Assembly (NCBI GenBank): GCA_963695545.1
Contig: OY968796.1
Location: 2,848,001 to 2,912,000, forward strand
Direction of reading: 5' to 3'
DNA length: 64,000 nucleotides
From: Terriglobia bacterium
Lineage (GTDB): Bacteria; Acidobacteriota; Terriglobia; Acidiferrales; UBA7541
A model generated the notes under the pieces. It did not search any database, was not told where the DNA came from, and was given only the letters and a program-made list of their open reading frames with translations. Position 1 is the first letter of the stretch. Each line of letters opens with the position of its first letter. A program made the position numbers and the translations under genes. This document shows positions 40,110 through 49,184 of the stretch, in pieces.

Positions 40110-42827
40110 ATGGCATTAACCCCCGGCACTCGTCTTGGACCGTACGAAATCCTTGCCCCGTTGGGCGCGGGCGGCATGGGAGAAGTGTATCGCGCGCGAG
40201 ACACCAAGCTTGGGCGCGAAGTCGCGCTCAAAGTCTTGCCCGCGGCTTTTGCGGGCGACGGCGAACGCCTGGGGCGATTTCATCGCGAAGCGCAGCTTCT
40301 CGCGTCGCTCAACTATCCGGCCATCGCTTCGATTTACGGCTTTGAAGATTCCGGCAAAGTTCACGCGTTCGTGATGGAGCTCGTCGAAGGGCCCACACTC
40401 GCGGATCGAATCGGAATGGGCGCGATCTCGATTGGCGAGGCGCTTCCCATAGCAAAGCAAATTTGCGAAGCGCTCGAATTTGCGCACGACCGCGGCATCG
40501 TTCATCGCGATTTGAAGCCCGCGAACGTCAAGGTGACGCCCGAAGGCGCGGTCAAGGTTCTTGATTTCGGTTTGGCGAAAGCGCTCGAGACGCAGGACTC
40601 CGCTGCGAACATCTCGAGTTCGCCGACCTTGACTATTGCTGCGACGCGCGCGGGAATGATTCTGGGAACGGCGGCGTACATGGCTCCAGAACAGGCCAAG
40701 GGCAGACCCGCCGACCGGCGTTCGGACATCTGGGCGTTCGGCTGCGTGTTCTACGAAATGCTCAGCGGGAAACAACCCTTCAGCGGCGAAACCGTTTCAG
40801 ACACGCTAGCCGAAGTACTGAAATCCGATCCGGACTGGAGTGCGCTGCCGGCCGACACGCCTGCGAGCATTCAGAAACTGTTGCGCCGCTGCCTGGCGAA
40901 AGATCCGAAGCAACGTTTGCAGGCTATCGGTGAAGCGCGCATCACGATTGAGGAGGCTCTTGGCCTCTCCGTGCGCGGAAGCGCGACCGATCTCACGGCT
41001 CCGGTCGGAATGGCGGCTGGTAGTCGCCAAGCGACCGTGCGGCCATGGCGCCGCGCGCTGCCTTGGGCCCTGGCGGCACTCCTCCTCGTCACCACATCGT
41101 TTTTCGCCGCGCTAACTTGGCGCGACGCATCGGTTGCCGCACCTTCGGTTCGTTCGTACATTCTTCCTCCCGAGCAAAACACTTTCGGTTTGGAAGCGGC
41201 AGACGGCACACCCGCGATTTCTCCGGACGGCGCGCGCCTGGTGTTTGTTGCACGGGACGCCGACGGCAAGGGGATGCTCTGGGTGCGGGAACTGAATTCC
41301 CTGATGGCCCGGCAGCTCGACGGCACGCAAGGCGCGACGTTCCCCTTCTGGTCGCCGGACAGCCTTTTCGTAGGGTACTTTGCTGCCGGCAAGCTTATGA
41401 AGGTTGATATTTCCGGCGGACCGGCGCAGCCGGTTTGCGACGCTCCGAATGCGCGCGGCGGTGCATGGAGCCCGACAGGCATAATCGTTTTTGCCCCGAG
41501 GGTCTCTGGATCGCTCCAGCAGGTCCCCGCCGCTGGAGGAAACCCCACCGCGATCTATCCCGTCGATAACGGCTCGCAGCTGCTCACACTTCGCTGGCCG
41601 GTTTTTCTTCCCGACGGCTTTCATTTCTTGTACTGGGCGGGCAATCCGTTCTCTATGGGTTCGACCAATGCCAATGGAATCTATGTCGGGTCGCTCGACG
41701 GCAAAGAACGCAAATTCCTTTTCTCGACGGACAGCGATGCGCTTTACGCAACTCCCGGGTACCTGCTTTTCTTGCGCGGAGCGACGCTCATGGCGCAATC
41801 TTTTGACGCGAGCGGCCTGAAGATGATCGGTGACGCCGTTCCGATCGCCGACCATGTGGCCAACCCGGAAAAATATCGATTCGGCCATTTTTCCGTCTCT
41901 CAGCAGGGCGAACTCGTGTACGAATCCAATGCGGAAGATCGAAGTCAACTTGTCTGGATGGATTCTGGTGGAAAGCAACTGGGCACTTTGGGCGATCCGG
42001 CGCTCATCGCGGACGTGCGGCTTTCGCCTGATGGCAAAACTCTCGCCGAGTCGATCGAGGATGCGCAATCGACAAATTCTGATATCTGGCTGGTGGATTT
42101 GGCTCGCGGCGTGCGCACGCGTTTCACGTTCGATCCTGCGGTCCACCTTTATCCAACTTGGTCGCCGGATGGGACCGAAATTGCCTTCTCTTCAACCGGT
42201 GAAGGGAAGTTCAGCATTTATGAAAAGGCCGCCGACGGAACCGGGAGCAGCCTTCCGCTGGTCGAGGACAACGCGGAGAACCTTCTCAGCGATTGGTCAA
42301 GGGACGGCCGCTACCTCGCCTATTCGGGATTGGACCCTCAAGGCGGCAGCGGATTGGGCATATGGATTCTTCCGCTCTTTGGAGACAAAAAACCCTTCCC
42401 CCTCGTGCAAACCCAGTTCAACGAGTTGACGCCGAAATTTTCTCCGGATGGCAAATGGCTCGCTTATTCCTCGGACGAGTCCGGCAAACGAGAGGTTTTT
42501 GTCGTGTCCTTTCCGCAAGGCGGCGGCAAATGGCAGGTCTCGTCCGGCGGAGGTTCCGACCCGCGCTGGAGCGCGGACGGCAAGGAATTATTTTATCTTT
42601 CCCAGGACAACAAGTTGACGTCGGCGGAGATTCAGGAGAAAGCCGGCTCGATCGGAATCGGCAAAACACAAACATTGTTTCAGGCCAGCACTTTGCTGGT
42701 CGCCGGCTCGTCCTACGACATCACGAGCGACGGGAAGAAATTCATAGTCGCGCTCTCAGTCGTGCCGTCGAGCACGGAGCCGGTCACGCTGGTGACCAAC
42801 TGGCCCGCATCGCTGAAGAAACCATGA
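40110..42827 (+). CDS. Hanks-type Ser/Thr protein kinase with TM and TolB/PD40-like beta-propeller
   Basis: GAGGMGEVY, VALK, HRDLKPAN, DFG and GTAAYMAPEQ motifs; repeated (W/F/I)SPDG motifs after the TM. Confidence 0.95.
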   Translation: MALTPGTRLGPYEILAPLGAGGMGEVYRARDTKLGREVALKVLPAAFAGDGERLGRFHREAQLLASLNYPAIASIYGFEDSGKVHAFVMELVEGPTLADRIGMGAISIGEALPIAKQICEALEFAHDRGIVHRDLKPANVKVTPEGAVKVLDFGLAKALETQDSAANISSSPTLTIAATRAGMILGTAAYMAPEQAKGRPADRRSDIWAFGCVFYEMLSGKQPFSGETVSDTLAEVLKSDPDWSALPADTPASIQKLLRRCLAKDPKQRLQAIGEARITIEEALGLSVRGSATDLTAPVGMAAGSRQATVRPWRRALPWALAALLLVTTSFFAALTWRDASVAAPSVRSYILPPEQNTFGLEAADGTPAISPDGARLVFVARDADGKGMLWVRELNSLMARQLDGTQGATFPFWSPDSLFVGYFAAGKLMKVDISGGPAQPVCDAPNARGGAWSPTGIIVFAPRVSGSLQQVPAAGGNPTAIYPVDNGSQLLTLRWPVFLPDGFHFLYWAGNPFSMGSTNANGIYVGSLDGKERKFLFSTDSDALYATPGYLLFLRGATLMAQSFDASGLKMIGDAVPIADHVANPEKYRFGHFSVSQQGELVYESNAEDRSQLVWMDSGGKQLGTLGDPALIADVRLSPDGKTLAESIEDAQSTNSDIWLVDLARGVRTRFTFDPAVHLYPTWSPDGTEIAFSSTGEGKFSIYEKAADGTGSSLPLVEDNAENLLSDWSRDGRYLAYSGLDPQGGSGLGIWILPLFGDKKPFPLVQTQFNELTPKFSPDGKWLAYSSDESGKREVFVVSFPQGGGKWQVSSGGGSDPRWSADGKELFYLSQDNKLTSAEIQEKAGSIGIGKTQTLFQASTLLVAGSSYDITSDGKKFIVALSVVPSSTEPVTLVTNWPASLKKP

Positions 42828-43026
42828 GCTTCGCGGTGCACGCCTCGTTATGCGGCGCGAGTCCATTTCGGTGGCATTCGGTTCGCGCTTCTGGCGCTTG
42901 CCGTCGAGCGGTGTTCCCGGCTTCGCCGCAATCTGGTTCTCGGCTCGCAGGTACCGATAGCGGCGGCTCGTGCGATACATCGCTTTCTCCGCCGACAGGC
43001 GTGCGTTTTTGTGCGAGACTCTGGCT

Positions 43027-43443
43027 ATGAATCGCAGCGCCAGGATGTTCACCCTCGCCTCGCTTGCTATCGTCGCTTTCGTCATCTTCAAGGCGCCTGA
43101 CGGGCCGTGGACCGCATTACAAATCCTCGGACTCGTGCTCATGATCTGCGGCCTGGTCGGTATGGCGATTGCGCGGTTTCAGTTAGGGAATTCTTTCTCA
43201 GTCACTCCCCAAGCAAGAGCGCTCGTAACGCGCGGGATCTACTCCCGGATTCGCAACCCCGTCTACGTTTTCGGAGCGATTCTCATCGCCGGCATGATCC
43301 TCTACGTCAACCGCCCACGATGGTTCTGGTGTTTTCTAATCCTGATTCCATTGCAGGTTGTGCGCGCTCGCGCGGAAGCGAAAGTGTTGAAGGAGCGTTT
43401 CGGCGAAGAGTACAGGCAGTACCGCGCGCGTACCTGGTTTTGA
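43027..43443 (+). CDS. Isoprenylcysteine carboxyl methyltransferase/PEMT-like membrane protein
   Basis: LVTRGIYSRIRNPVY and E...L.ERFGEEY..Y motifs. Confidence 0.85.
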   Translation: MNRSARMFTLASLAIVAFVIFKAPDGPWTALQILGLVLMICGLVGMAIARFQLGNSFSVTPQARALVTRGIYSRIRNPVYVFGAILIAGMILYVNRPRWFWCFLILIPLQVVRARAEAKVLKERFGEEYRQYRARTWF

Positions 43444-43461
43444 TCGGCGGCGTTTCTAGAG

Positions 43462-43818
43462 TCAGCGGCTCTGCGGCGTTCCCGGCGTCGAGGGAATTTG
43501 AATCTGGGCTTTCAGATAGCGATAGTGGCGGCTCGTGTGGTACGTCGGACTTGCGGGAGCCGGCAGAAACGGAGGCAACGGCGTCAGCGTCAGTTTGCGG
43601 CACGACGTGGCCCACGATTGATCTTCGTATTTCGGCAGCTCGCACATTTTCATGCAGCGCGCTTGTCCCATCGGCTTGTCGCATCCGCAGTAGCACAATC
43701 CGCGCTGCTCATGCTGGAGAATTTGCGATGGCGTCTCGGGCATCGCGAGCAACGCGACGGATGAAGCTGGTATCAAAAAACCCATTGCCGATTTCAGAAG
43801 GAAGCGCCGCTTGAACAT
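43462..43818 (-). CDS. Small Cys-rich exported hypothetical protein (CYCGC motif)
   Basis: KRRFL plus hydrophobic stretch, CYCGC...C..MC...C; ORF fills an otherwise empty gap. Confidence 0.55.
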   Translation of the reverse strand: MFKRRFLLKSAMGFLIPASSVALLAMPETPSQILQHEQRGLCYCGCDKPMGQARCMKMCELPKYEDQSWATSCRKLTLTPLPPFLPAPASPTYHTSRHYRYLKAQIQIPSTPGTPQSR

Positions 43819-44000
43819 GCATATATCGTCGTCGGCGAGCGCGCGCGCAGGGATAGCGCGCTAGGTGGTTTAGGCCGGTATCCGAGGGCCAGTAGTACCC
43901 TTACCCTCACGGTCCCGATGTCATTGCAAGATAAGCAGTTACGGATTTTGGGTTTGATATGCGCTCGGCCGGGACGCGGATGTTCGGAAGGGAATCCTGC

Positions 44001-44522
44001 CTAGTTCTTTTTCAGCACCGCTTCGATGGATTCGATCACCGCTGGATCTTGCCAGTTTTGCGGGCCCACGATCTTGCGTGCGATGTCACCGTCGCGATTG
44101 ATCACGTAAGTTTCGGGGTACATCGACGTGCCATAAATGCCGGGCGTTTTTCCCGAGGTGTCGTCGTAGGTCGGAAATGAAACGCTGGCGTCCTGCAAAA
44201 ATTTCTCGTAGGCGCCAGGGTCTTCATCCACGCTGATTCCCAGCACCGTGCCGCCCTGCGGCGCAATCGTTTGTTGCAGTTCATTGAGCGAAGGCGTCTC
44301 TTCCACGCACGGCGGACACCACGACGCCCAGAAGTTCAGCACCACCACTTGGCCGTGCAGATCGGAAAGATGCTTGGTTTGTCCCGCGAGCTGAAACGCG
44401 AAATCCGGCGCCCGGCGCCCGGAGACGCTCGCCTCGCCCTGACGATAGCTCGGCGCCGCGAACACCCACAGCACCGCCCCGGCCCCCACCAGCGCCACCG
44501 TTCCCAAGATCTTGCGCTTCAT
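44001..44522 (-). CDS. TlpA/ResA family thiol-disulfide oxidoreductase
   Basis: N-terminal anchor, LNFWASWCPPC..E.P and YPETY motifs. Confidence 0.92.
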   Translation of the reverse strand: MKRKILGTVALVGAGAVLWVFAAPSYRQGEASVSGRRAPDFAFQLAGQTKHLSDLHGQVVVLNFWASWCPPCVEETPSLNELQQTIAPQGGTVLGISVDEDPGAYEKFLQDASVSFPTYDDTSGKTPGIYGTSMYPETYVINRDGDIARKIVGPQNWQDPAVIESIEAVLKKN

Positions 44523-44639
44523 CCCAACCACACGTTGCTCCCCCACGAAAGTCCCCGGTCAAGCGGAGCTTTCGCCATAGAGTAGGTATGATACCCTTCG
44601 CCTCGAAGCGGGGCGAGCCGCTTCTTATCGCCTCCACCC

Positions 44640-45671
44640 ATGAATCGTGCCCAGTCGGTCTCCGCAATCATTCCTGCGCGCAACGAAGAGGACACCATCG
44701 CACGCGCGGTTCGCTCGCTCGCCGCTCAACCCGAAATCTCAGAAATCATCGTCGTCAACGACCAATCGACCGACGGCACCGCGGCCGAGCTCGCGCGATT
44801 GCGTCTCGAGATTCCTCATCTGCGCGTTCTCGAAACGCAGGGCCTGCCCGCAGGCTGGGTCGGCAAGAACTACGCCGTGTCACTCGGCGCAGCGCAAGCG
44901 ACATCCCCGTGGCTGCTTTTCACCGACGCTGACGCCGAGCATCTGCCAGGTTCCACAGCCGCGGCGCTCGCCGACGCGGCGACGGCTGGCGCCGCTCTCG
45001 TCTCCTATTCGCCCGAACAATTGACTCGCACCTGGTGGGAGCGCGCGCTCATTCCATTTGTCTACGTGCGCCTCGCCGCGCACTATTCGTTTGACGCCGT
45101 GAGCGATCCCGATTCGCCGCAAGCCGCCGCTAATGGTCAATATCTGCTGATTCGCCGCGAGGCCTATGAAGCGATCGGCGGCCACCAAGCCGTCGCCGGC
45201 GAAGTCCTCGAAGACGTCGCCATCGCGAAGCTCGCCAAAGCCGCCGGCATTCGGATCCTTTTCGCCTCAGGAGCGGGGCGCGTGCGCGTGCGCATGTATC
45301 GCAGCCTCCGCGCGATGTGGCAGGGTTGGGCGAAGAATCTTTATCCACTCATGGGCGGCACACCGCGGGCCGCCTCGCACGAATTGATCGTCACCGTGCC
45401 GTGGATTTCGCTGCTCGCGCTGTTGCTCACGCCGCTCCATATTTGGTTTGGCGTGCTGGGCGTCGTTCTTCTGGCTGGCCGCCACGCCGCCTACGCCGCC
45501 GCCCTGCGCCGAAATCGTTTTCCCGCACGCTATGCTTTATACTATGTGCCAGGATTTCTGCTATACGCCGCGGCTTTGCTCTGGTCTGAACTGCAATATC
45601 TTCGCGGCACAGTTGCCTGGAAAGGCCGCGAGGTTCGCGTAGACGGTCCGTCCACCGCGCCACGGCCCTAA
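44640..45671 (+). CDS. Family 2 glycosyltransferase (HpnB/CrtQ/CruC-like, C-terminal TM segments)
   Basis: IIPARNEE, NDQSTD, GWVGK, FTDAD, ANGQ, EDV and WKGR motifs. Confidence 0.85.
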   Translation: MNRAQSVSAIIPARNEEDTIARAVRSLAAQPEISEIIVVNDQSTDGTAAELARLRLEIPHLRVLETQGLPAGWVGKNYAVSLGAAQATSPWLLFTDADAEHLPGSTAAALADAATAGAALVSYSPEQLTRTWWERALIPFVYVRLAAHYSFDAVSDPDSPQAAANGQYLLIRREAYEAIGGHQAVAGEVLEDVAIAKLAKAAGIRILFASGAGRVRVRMYRSLRAMWQGWAKNLYPLMGGTPRAASHELIVTVPWISLLALLLTPLHIWFGVLGVVLLAGRHAAYAAALRRNRFPARYALYYVPGFLLYAAALLWSELQYLRGTVAWKGREVRVDGPSTAPRP

Positions 45672-45776
45672 GCGCCGCATCGGCAACCGCCCGCCGCGCA
45701 TCGAATTAGGAGTGCTGACGAGGCCGCGCAACGCCTCGATCCTGATCGGAACAGCACCACGCGGCCAAAATAGAAA

Positions 45777-46202
45777 ATGGTTTATATCACGCGCAAAATC
45801 GAGTTTTCGGCTTCGCATCTTTACAACAATCCGGCGCTTTCGCCGGAAGAAAATCGCCGCGTCTTCGGCAAATGCAACAATCCGCACGGCCACGGTCACA
45901 ATTACGTTCTCGAAGTCACCGTCGCAGGCGAACCCGATCCGCGCACCGGCATGGTTCTCGATCTCAAGGAACTCAAGCGCGTCCTACAGGACGAAATCAT
46001 GGAGCGCATGGATCATCGCTTCCTGAATTACGAAGTGCCCGAGCTCGCCGGCAAAATTCCCACCTGCGAAAACATCGCCGCCACGATCTGGACTTTACTC
46101 GAGCCCAGGATCGCAAGCGGCCACCTGCATCGCGTGCGCCTTTACGAAACTCCAGACCTCTTCGTCGATTGTTACGGCGAAAAAAACGGGAGCGCCCGAT
46201 GA
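45777..46202 (+). CDS. 6-pyruvoyl-tetrahydropterin / 6-carboxytetrahydropterin synthase family protein, copy 1
   Basis: FSASH, GKCNNPHGHGHNY, TGMV, DH..LN, PTCEN and LYET motifs. Confidence 0.9.
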   Translation: MVYITRKIEFSASHLYNNPALSPEENRRVFGKCNNPHGHGHNYVLEVTVAGEPDPRTGMVLDLKELKRVLQDEIMERMDHRFLNYEVPELAGKIPTCENIAATIWTLLEPRIASGHLHRVRLYETPDLFVDCYGEKNGSAR

Positions 46203-46657
46203 CCCCGCAGTCGCAGCAACCGCAGCCTCACAAGCAGATGGATCTGCGCCTCACGCGCCGCTATCCTTTCTCCGCGTCGCATCGCCTGCACAGCGCGCAC
46301 CTCAGCGAAGAAGAGAACCAGCGCGCCTACGGCAAATGCAACAATCCCTTCGGCCACGGCCACAACTACATCGTCGAAGTCGCCGTCTCCGGCGCAGTCG
46401 ACCCCGCGACTGGAATGATCGCGAATCTCTCCGATCTCGACGCCTTCGTCGCGCAAAAAGTCATCGAGCCGTTCGACCGCACCTACTTGAATGAAGACGT
46501 CGCCGAGTTTCGCGAGACCGTGCCCACCACCGAAAATCTCTGCATCGAAATTTTCCGCCGCCTGCGCGCGTTCCCGCACGCCAAACTTGAACGCGTACTG
46601 GTCGAAGAAACCGGCCTGAACAAATTTGAATACACCGGCGAATCGCAAGGGAGCTAA
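46199..46657 (+). CDS. 6-pyruvoyl-tetrahydropterin / 6-carboxytetrahydropterin synthase family protein, copy 2
   Basis: [29 protein letters not shown] and EET motifs; ATGA overlap with copy 1. Confidence 0.9.
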   Translation: MTPQSQQPQPHKQMDLRLTRRYPFSASHRLHSAHLSEEENQRAYGKCNNPFGHGHNYIVEVAVSGAVDPATGMIANLSDLDAFVAQKVIEPFDRTYLNEDVAEFRETVPTTENLCIEIFRRLRAFPHAKLERVLVEETGLNKFEYTGESQGS

Positions 46658-46659
46658 TT

Positions 46660-47268
46660 GTGAGCCAAACCACTAAGCCGCTCGTGCTCGATGACAACCC
46701 GCGCGTCGTGGGCGAAGAAACCATCGCCGATCTGATGCGCCGCATTATCGCCATGCTCGGCGAAGACCCGAACCGCGAAGGCCTGAAGAACACGCCCGAG
46801 CGCTACGAGAAGGCCATGCGCTTCCTCACCAAAGGTTATGGCCAGGACCCTGACAAAGTTCTGAACGGCGCGACGTTCAGCGTCTGCTACGACCAGATGG
46901 TCGTGGTCAAAGACATCGAGATGTACAGCCTCTGCGAGCATCACCTGCTCCCTTTTTTCGGCAAGTGCCACGTGGCCTATCTGCCGAACAAGAAAGTCGT
47001 GGGCCTCTCGAAAATCCCGCGCCTCGTGAATCTCTACTCGCGCCGCCTGCAGATTCAAGAGCGCCTCACCAACCAGATCGCGCAGGCCATCGAGAAAGCC
47101 ATCGCTCCCATCGGCGTCGGCGTGGTCATCGAAGCGCGCCACATGTGCATGGTCATGCGCGGCGTCGAAAAGCAAAATTCGCAAGCCGTCACCAGCGCCA
47201 TGCTCGGCGCCTTCCGCGACAATTTGCAAACGCGCGAAGAGTTTCTCGCGTTGATCGGCAAAAAGTAA
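46660..47268 (+). CDS. folE: GTP cyclohydrolase I
   Basis: [36 protein letters not shown] and HMCMVMRG motifs. Confidence 0.96.
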   Translation: MSQTTKPLVLDDNPRVVGEETIADLMRRIIAMLGEDPNREGLKNTPERYEKAMRFLTKGYGQDPDKVLNGATFSVCYDQMVVVKDIEMYSLCEHHLLPFFGKCHVAYLPNKKVVGLSKIPRLVNLYSRRLQIQERLTNQIAQAIEKAIAPIGVGVVIEARHMCMVMRGVEKQNSQAVTSAMLGAFRDNLQTREEFLALIGKK

Positions 47269-47378
47269 GCTCACATCACTCCCCGCGCCGCTCACTGAGC
47301 GCTAACGCCGCCCTTCGGACGCACTCGCCCGCCGTCGGGAATTGCGTCACGTTTCATTTTTTGGCGGAACCTCGGATC

Positions 47379-48422
47379 TCAACTTTTCGGTTCGTCGGCG
47401 GTCAGCGCGGCCAGTGCGTCCTTCAAGCGGAAAACGACAGACTGCATCGGATTTTCTCCCACGATTCGCTCGCGAATGAATCCTTGCGGGTCAATCACGA
47501 TGTAGGTCGGAAACTCGTGAACGTTAAATCGCTGGCGCATTTCTCCGCCGGAGTCCAGGAACTGCGCCCAGTCCATGTTCTTCTTGGCGATAAATGAGCG
47601 CCACTGCGCCGCGTCGTCGTCGGCGCTGACGCTAATGAGCACCACCTGATCGTGCGAATATTTCTTCGTCAGGCTCTTCAGGTCGCTCACGGAGTCGCGG
47701 CACGGAGGGCACCACGTGGCCCAGAAATCGATCACCACAAATTTCCCCGCGAGTCCGTCCAGCGAAATGTCGTCTCCCTGCAAAGTCTTGATACTGAACC
47801 CCGGCGCCACAGTGAAGCCCGCGCGATCAGGATGTTCCATGAGCTTGCGCGCGGCGTCGGCAAATTGCCCCCGTGGCTCGAGCGAAAGATACGCGGCGAC
47901 TTCTCGCTTGCCATCATCGTCTTGCATTTCCTTCATCAGATCGATGCCCAGGTCCAGATGATACTCGGCGACTTTTCCATCCAGTTGAACGGCCTCGCGC
48001 AATTCCGCCTCGGCCGCCTTAAGGTTTTTTTCCGCAGGCGGAATCGACGCTACCACGATCCCTTTGAAATGGTGCGCCGCCGCGCGCTCCGAATCGTCGG
48101 ACGCAACGCTGAGCGATTTGCTTGACGCGTCCAAGGCTCCCTGGAGATCCCCGAGCTGATAGGAAGCCACCGCCAGGTCCATAGAGCACCGGAAACACTG
48201 GTCATGCTCAATCTTGCTGGCCTTTCGGAATGCCTTCGCCGCGGCGTCATACTCGCCCGCTTTTTGCGCCGCCTCCCCCGTCTGGAGCGCGCTCATAGCG
48301 GCGGGAGAGATTGCGGGGTCGGCTTGCTGAGCCGGAGTGGTTCCGGAAATCGGAGCCGCGAACGCGATCAACGCAATGTACGCCGCGAGTTTTTGGGGGC
48401 ACAATAGGGCGTCGCCTCTCAT
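47379..48422 (-). CDS. TPR-containing redoxin (TlpA-like) protein
   Basis: Signal-like N-terminus, TPR-like helices, DFWATWCPPC and FPTY motifs. Confidence 0.85.
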   Translation of the reverse strand: MRGDALLCPQKLAAYIALIAFAAPISGTTPAQQADPAISPAAMSALQTGEAAQKAGEYDAAAKAFRKASKIEHDQCFRCSMDLAVASYQLGDLQGALDASSKSLSVASDDSERAAAHHFKGIVVASIPPAEKNLKAAEAELREAVQLDGKVAEYHLDLGIDLMKEMQDDDGKREVAAYLSLEPRGQFADAARKLMEHPDRAGFTVAPGFSIKTLQGDDISLDGLAGKFVVIDFWATWCPPCRDSVSDLKSLTKKYSHDQVVLISVSADDDAAQWRSFIAKKNMDWAQFLDSGGEMRQRFNVHEFPTYIVIDPQGFIRERIVGENPMQSVVFRLKDALAALTADEPKS

Positions 48423-48591
48423 TGGCGATTATCAGTCGTGGCGAAGATATCATAGGATGGTCTGTTTTTCACCGGCGAAGTTCCAAACTGCTTCCAGGCC
48501 CGCTCCACCCGCCTCGCGCCGCGGCTTTCCCGCTTCACGGATAGCGCCGGCGCCCCACGCCGGGCGCGCATGCCCGCCGCCCGAAATTTTT

Positions 48592-48621
48592 TTGCGTGCG
48601 CGCACAGCCCTGTGATACGCT
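48592..48621 (+). promoter_or_regulatory. Putative rpsO promoter
   Basis: TTGCGT-18 nt-TACGCT with extended TG and an upstream A/T tract. Confidence 0.4.
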
Positions 48622-48682
48622 CGAACCGTCGAAGAAGAGGATAAATAGAACGTTGCATCAAGGGTGCAACGGAGAGGGTGAC

Positions 48683-48943
48683 TTGAGAGAAGTTAAGTCG
48701 GCGTTAATTGAGCAGTATCGCGCGCATGTCAAGGATACGGGTTCCCCGGAAGTGCAGATAGCTCTCCTGAGCGATCGCATCAATTACCTGACTTCGCATC
48801 TTAAGTTGCATATGAAAGATCATGCGTCCCGGCGCGGTTTGATCATGATGGTCAACAAGCGTCGTCGCCTGCTCGATTACCTCATCCGCCGCGACCCGGA
48901 TCGGTATCGCGAGATTGTCGAACGACTTAGTTTGCGCAAGTAA
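48683..48943 (+). CDS. rpsO: 30S ribosomal protein S15
   Basis: [31 protein letters not shown] motifs; TTG start after GGAGAGGG. Confidence 0.96.
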   Translation: MREVKSALIEQYRAHVKDTGSPEVQIALLSDRINYLTSHLKLHMKDHASRRGLIMMVNKRRRLLDYLIRRDPDRYREIVERLSLRK

Positions 48944-49184
48944 TCGCCGGCCCCACGCTCCATCCGAAATCCCGGGGTTTCAGCAGCGCTTCGTTGTCTC
49001 GAACCGCGCCGCTGCTGGTGTGCGCAGCCGCGCCGTTCGCCGGGCGTAGTTCCGGGTTTCGCTCGCGCCGACAGTCCGTTCCTCCTCGTTCCTCGACCGA
49101 ACTTTTTCTTATTTCAACGTGTATGCGGTTCGAAGCCCGCGCTCGATTGAGCCCGAGGCCGGCCGCGAAAGGATCACCGAATTT

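Noticed and set aside
40110..42827. Ser/Thr kinase as part of a defence system
   Set aside because: Standard kinase-TM-beta-propeller architecture with no defence-type neighbours
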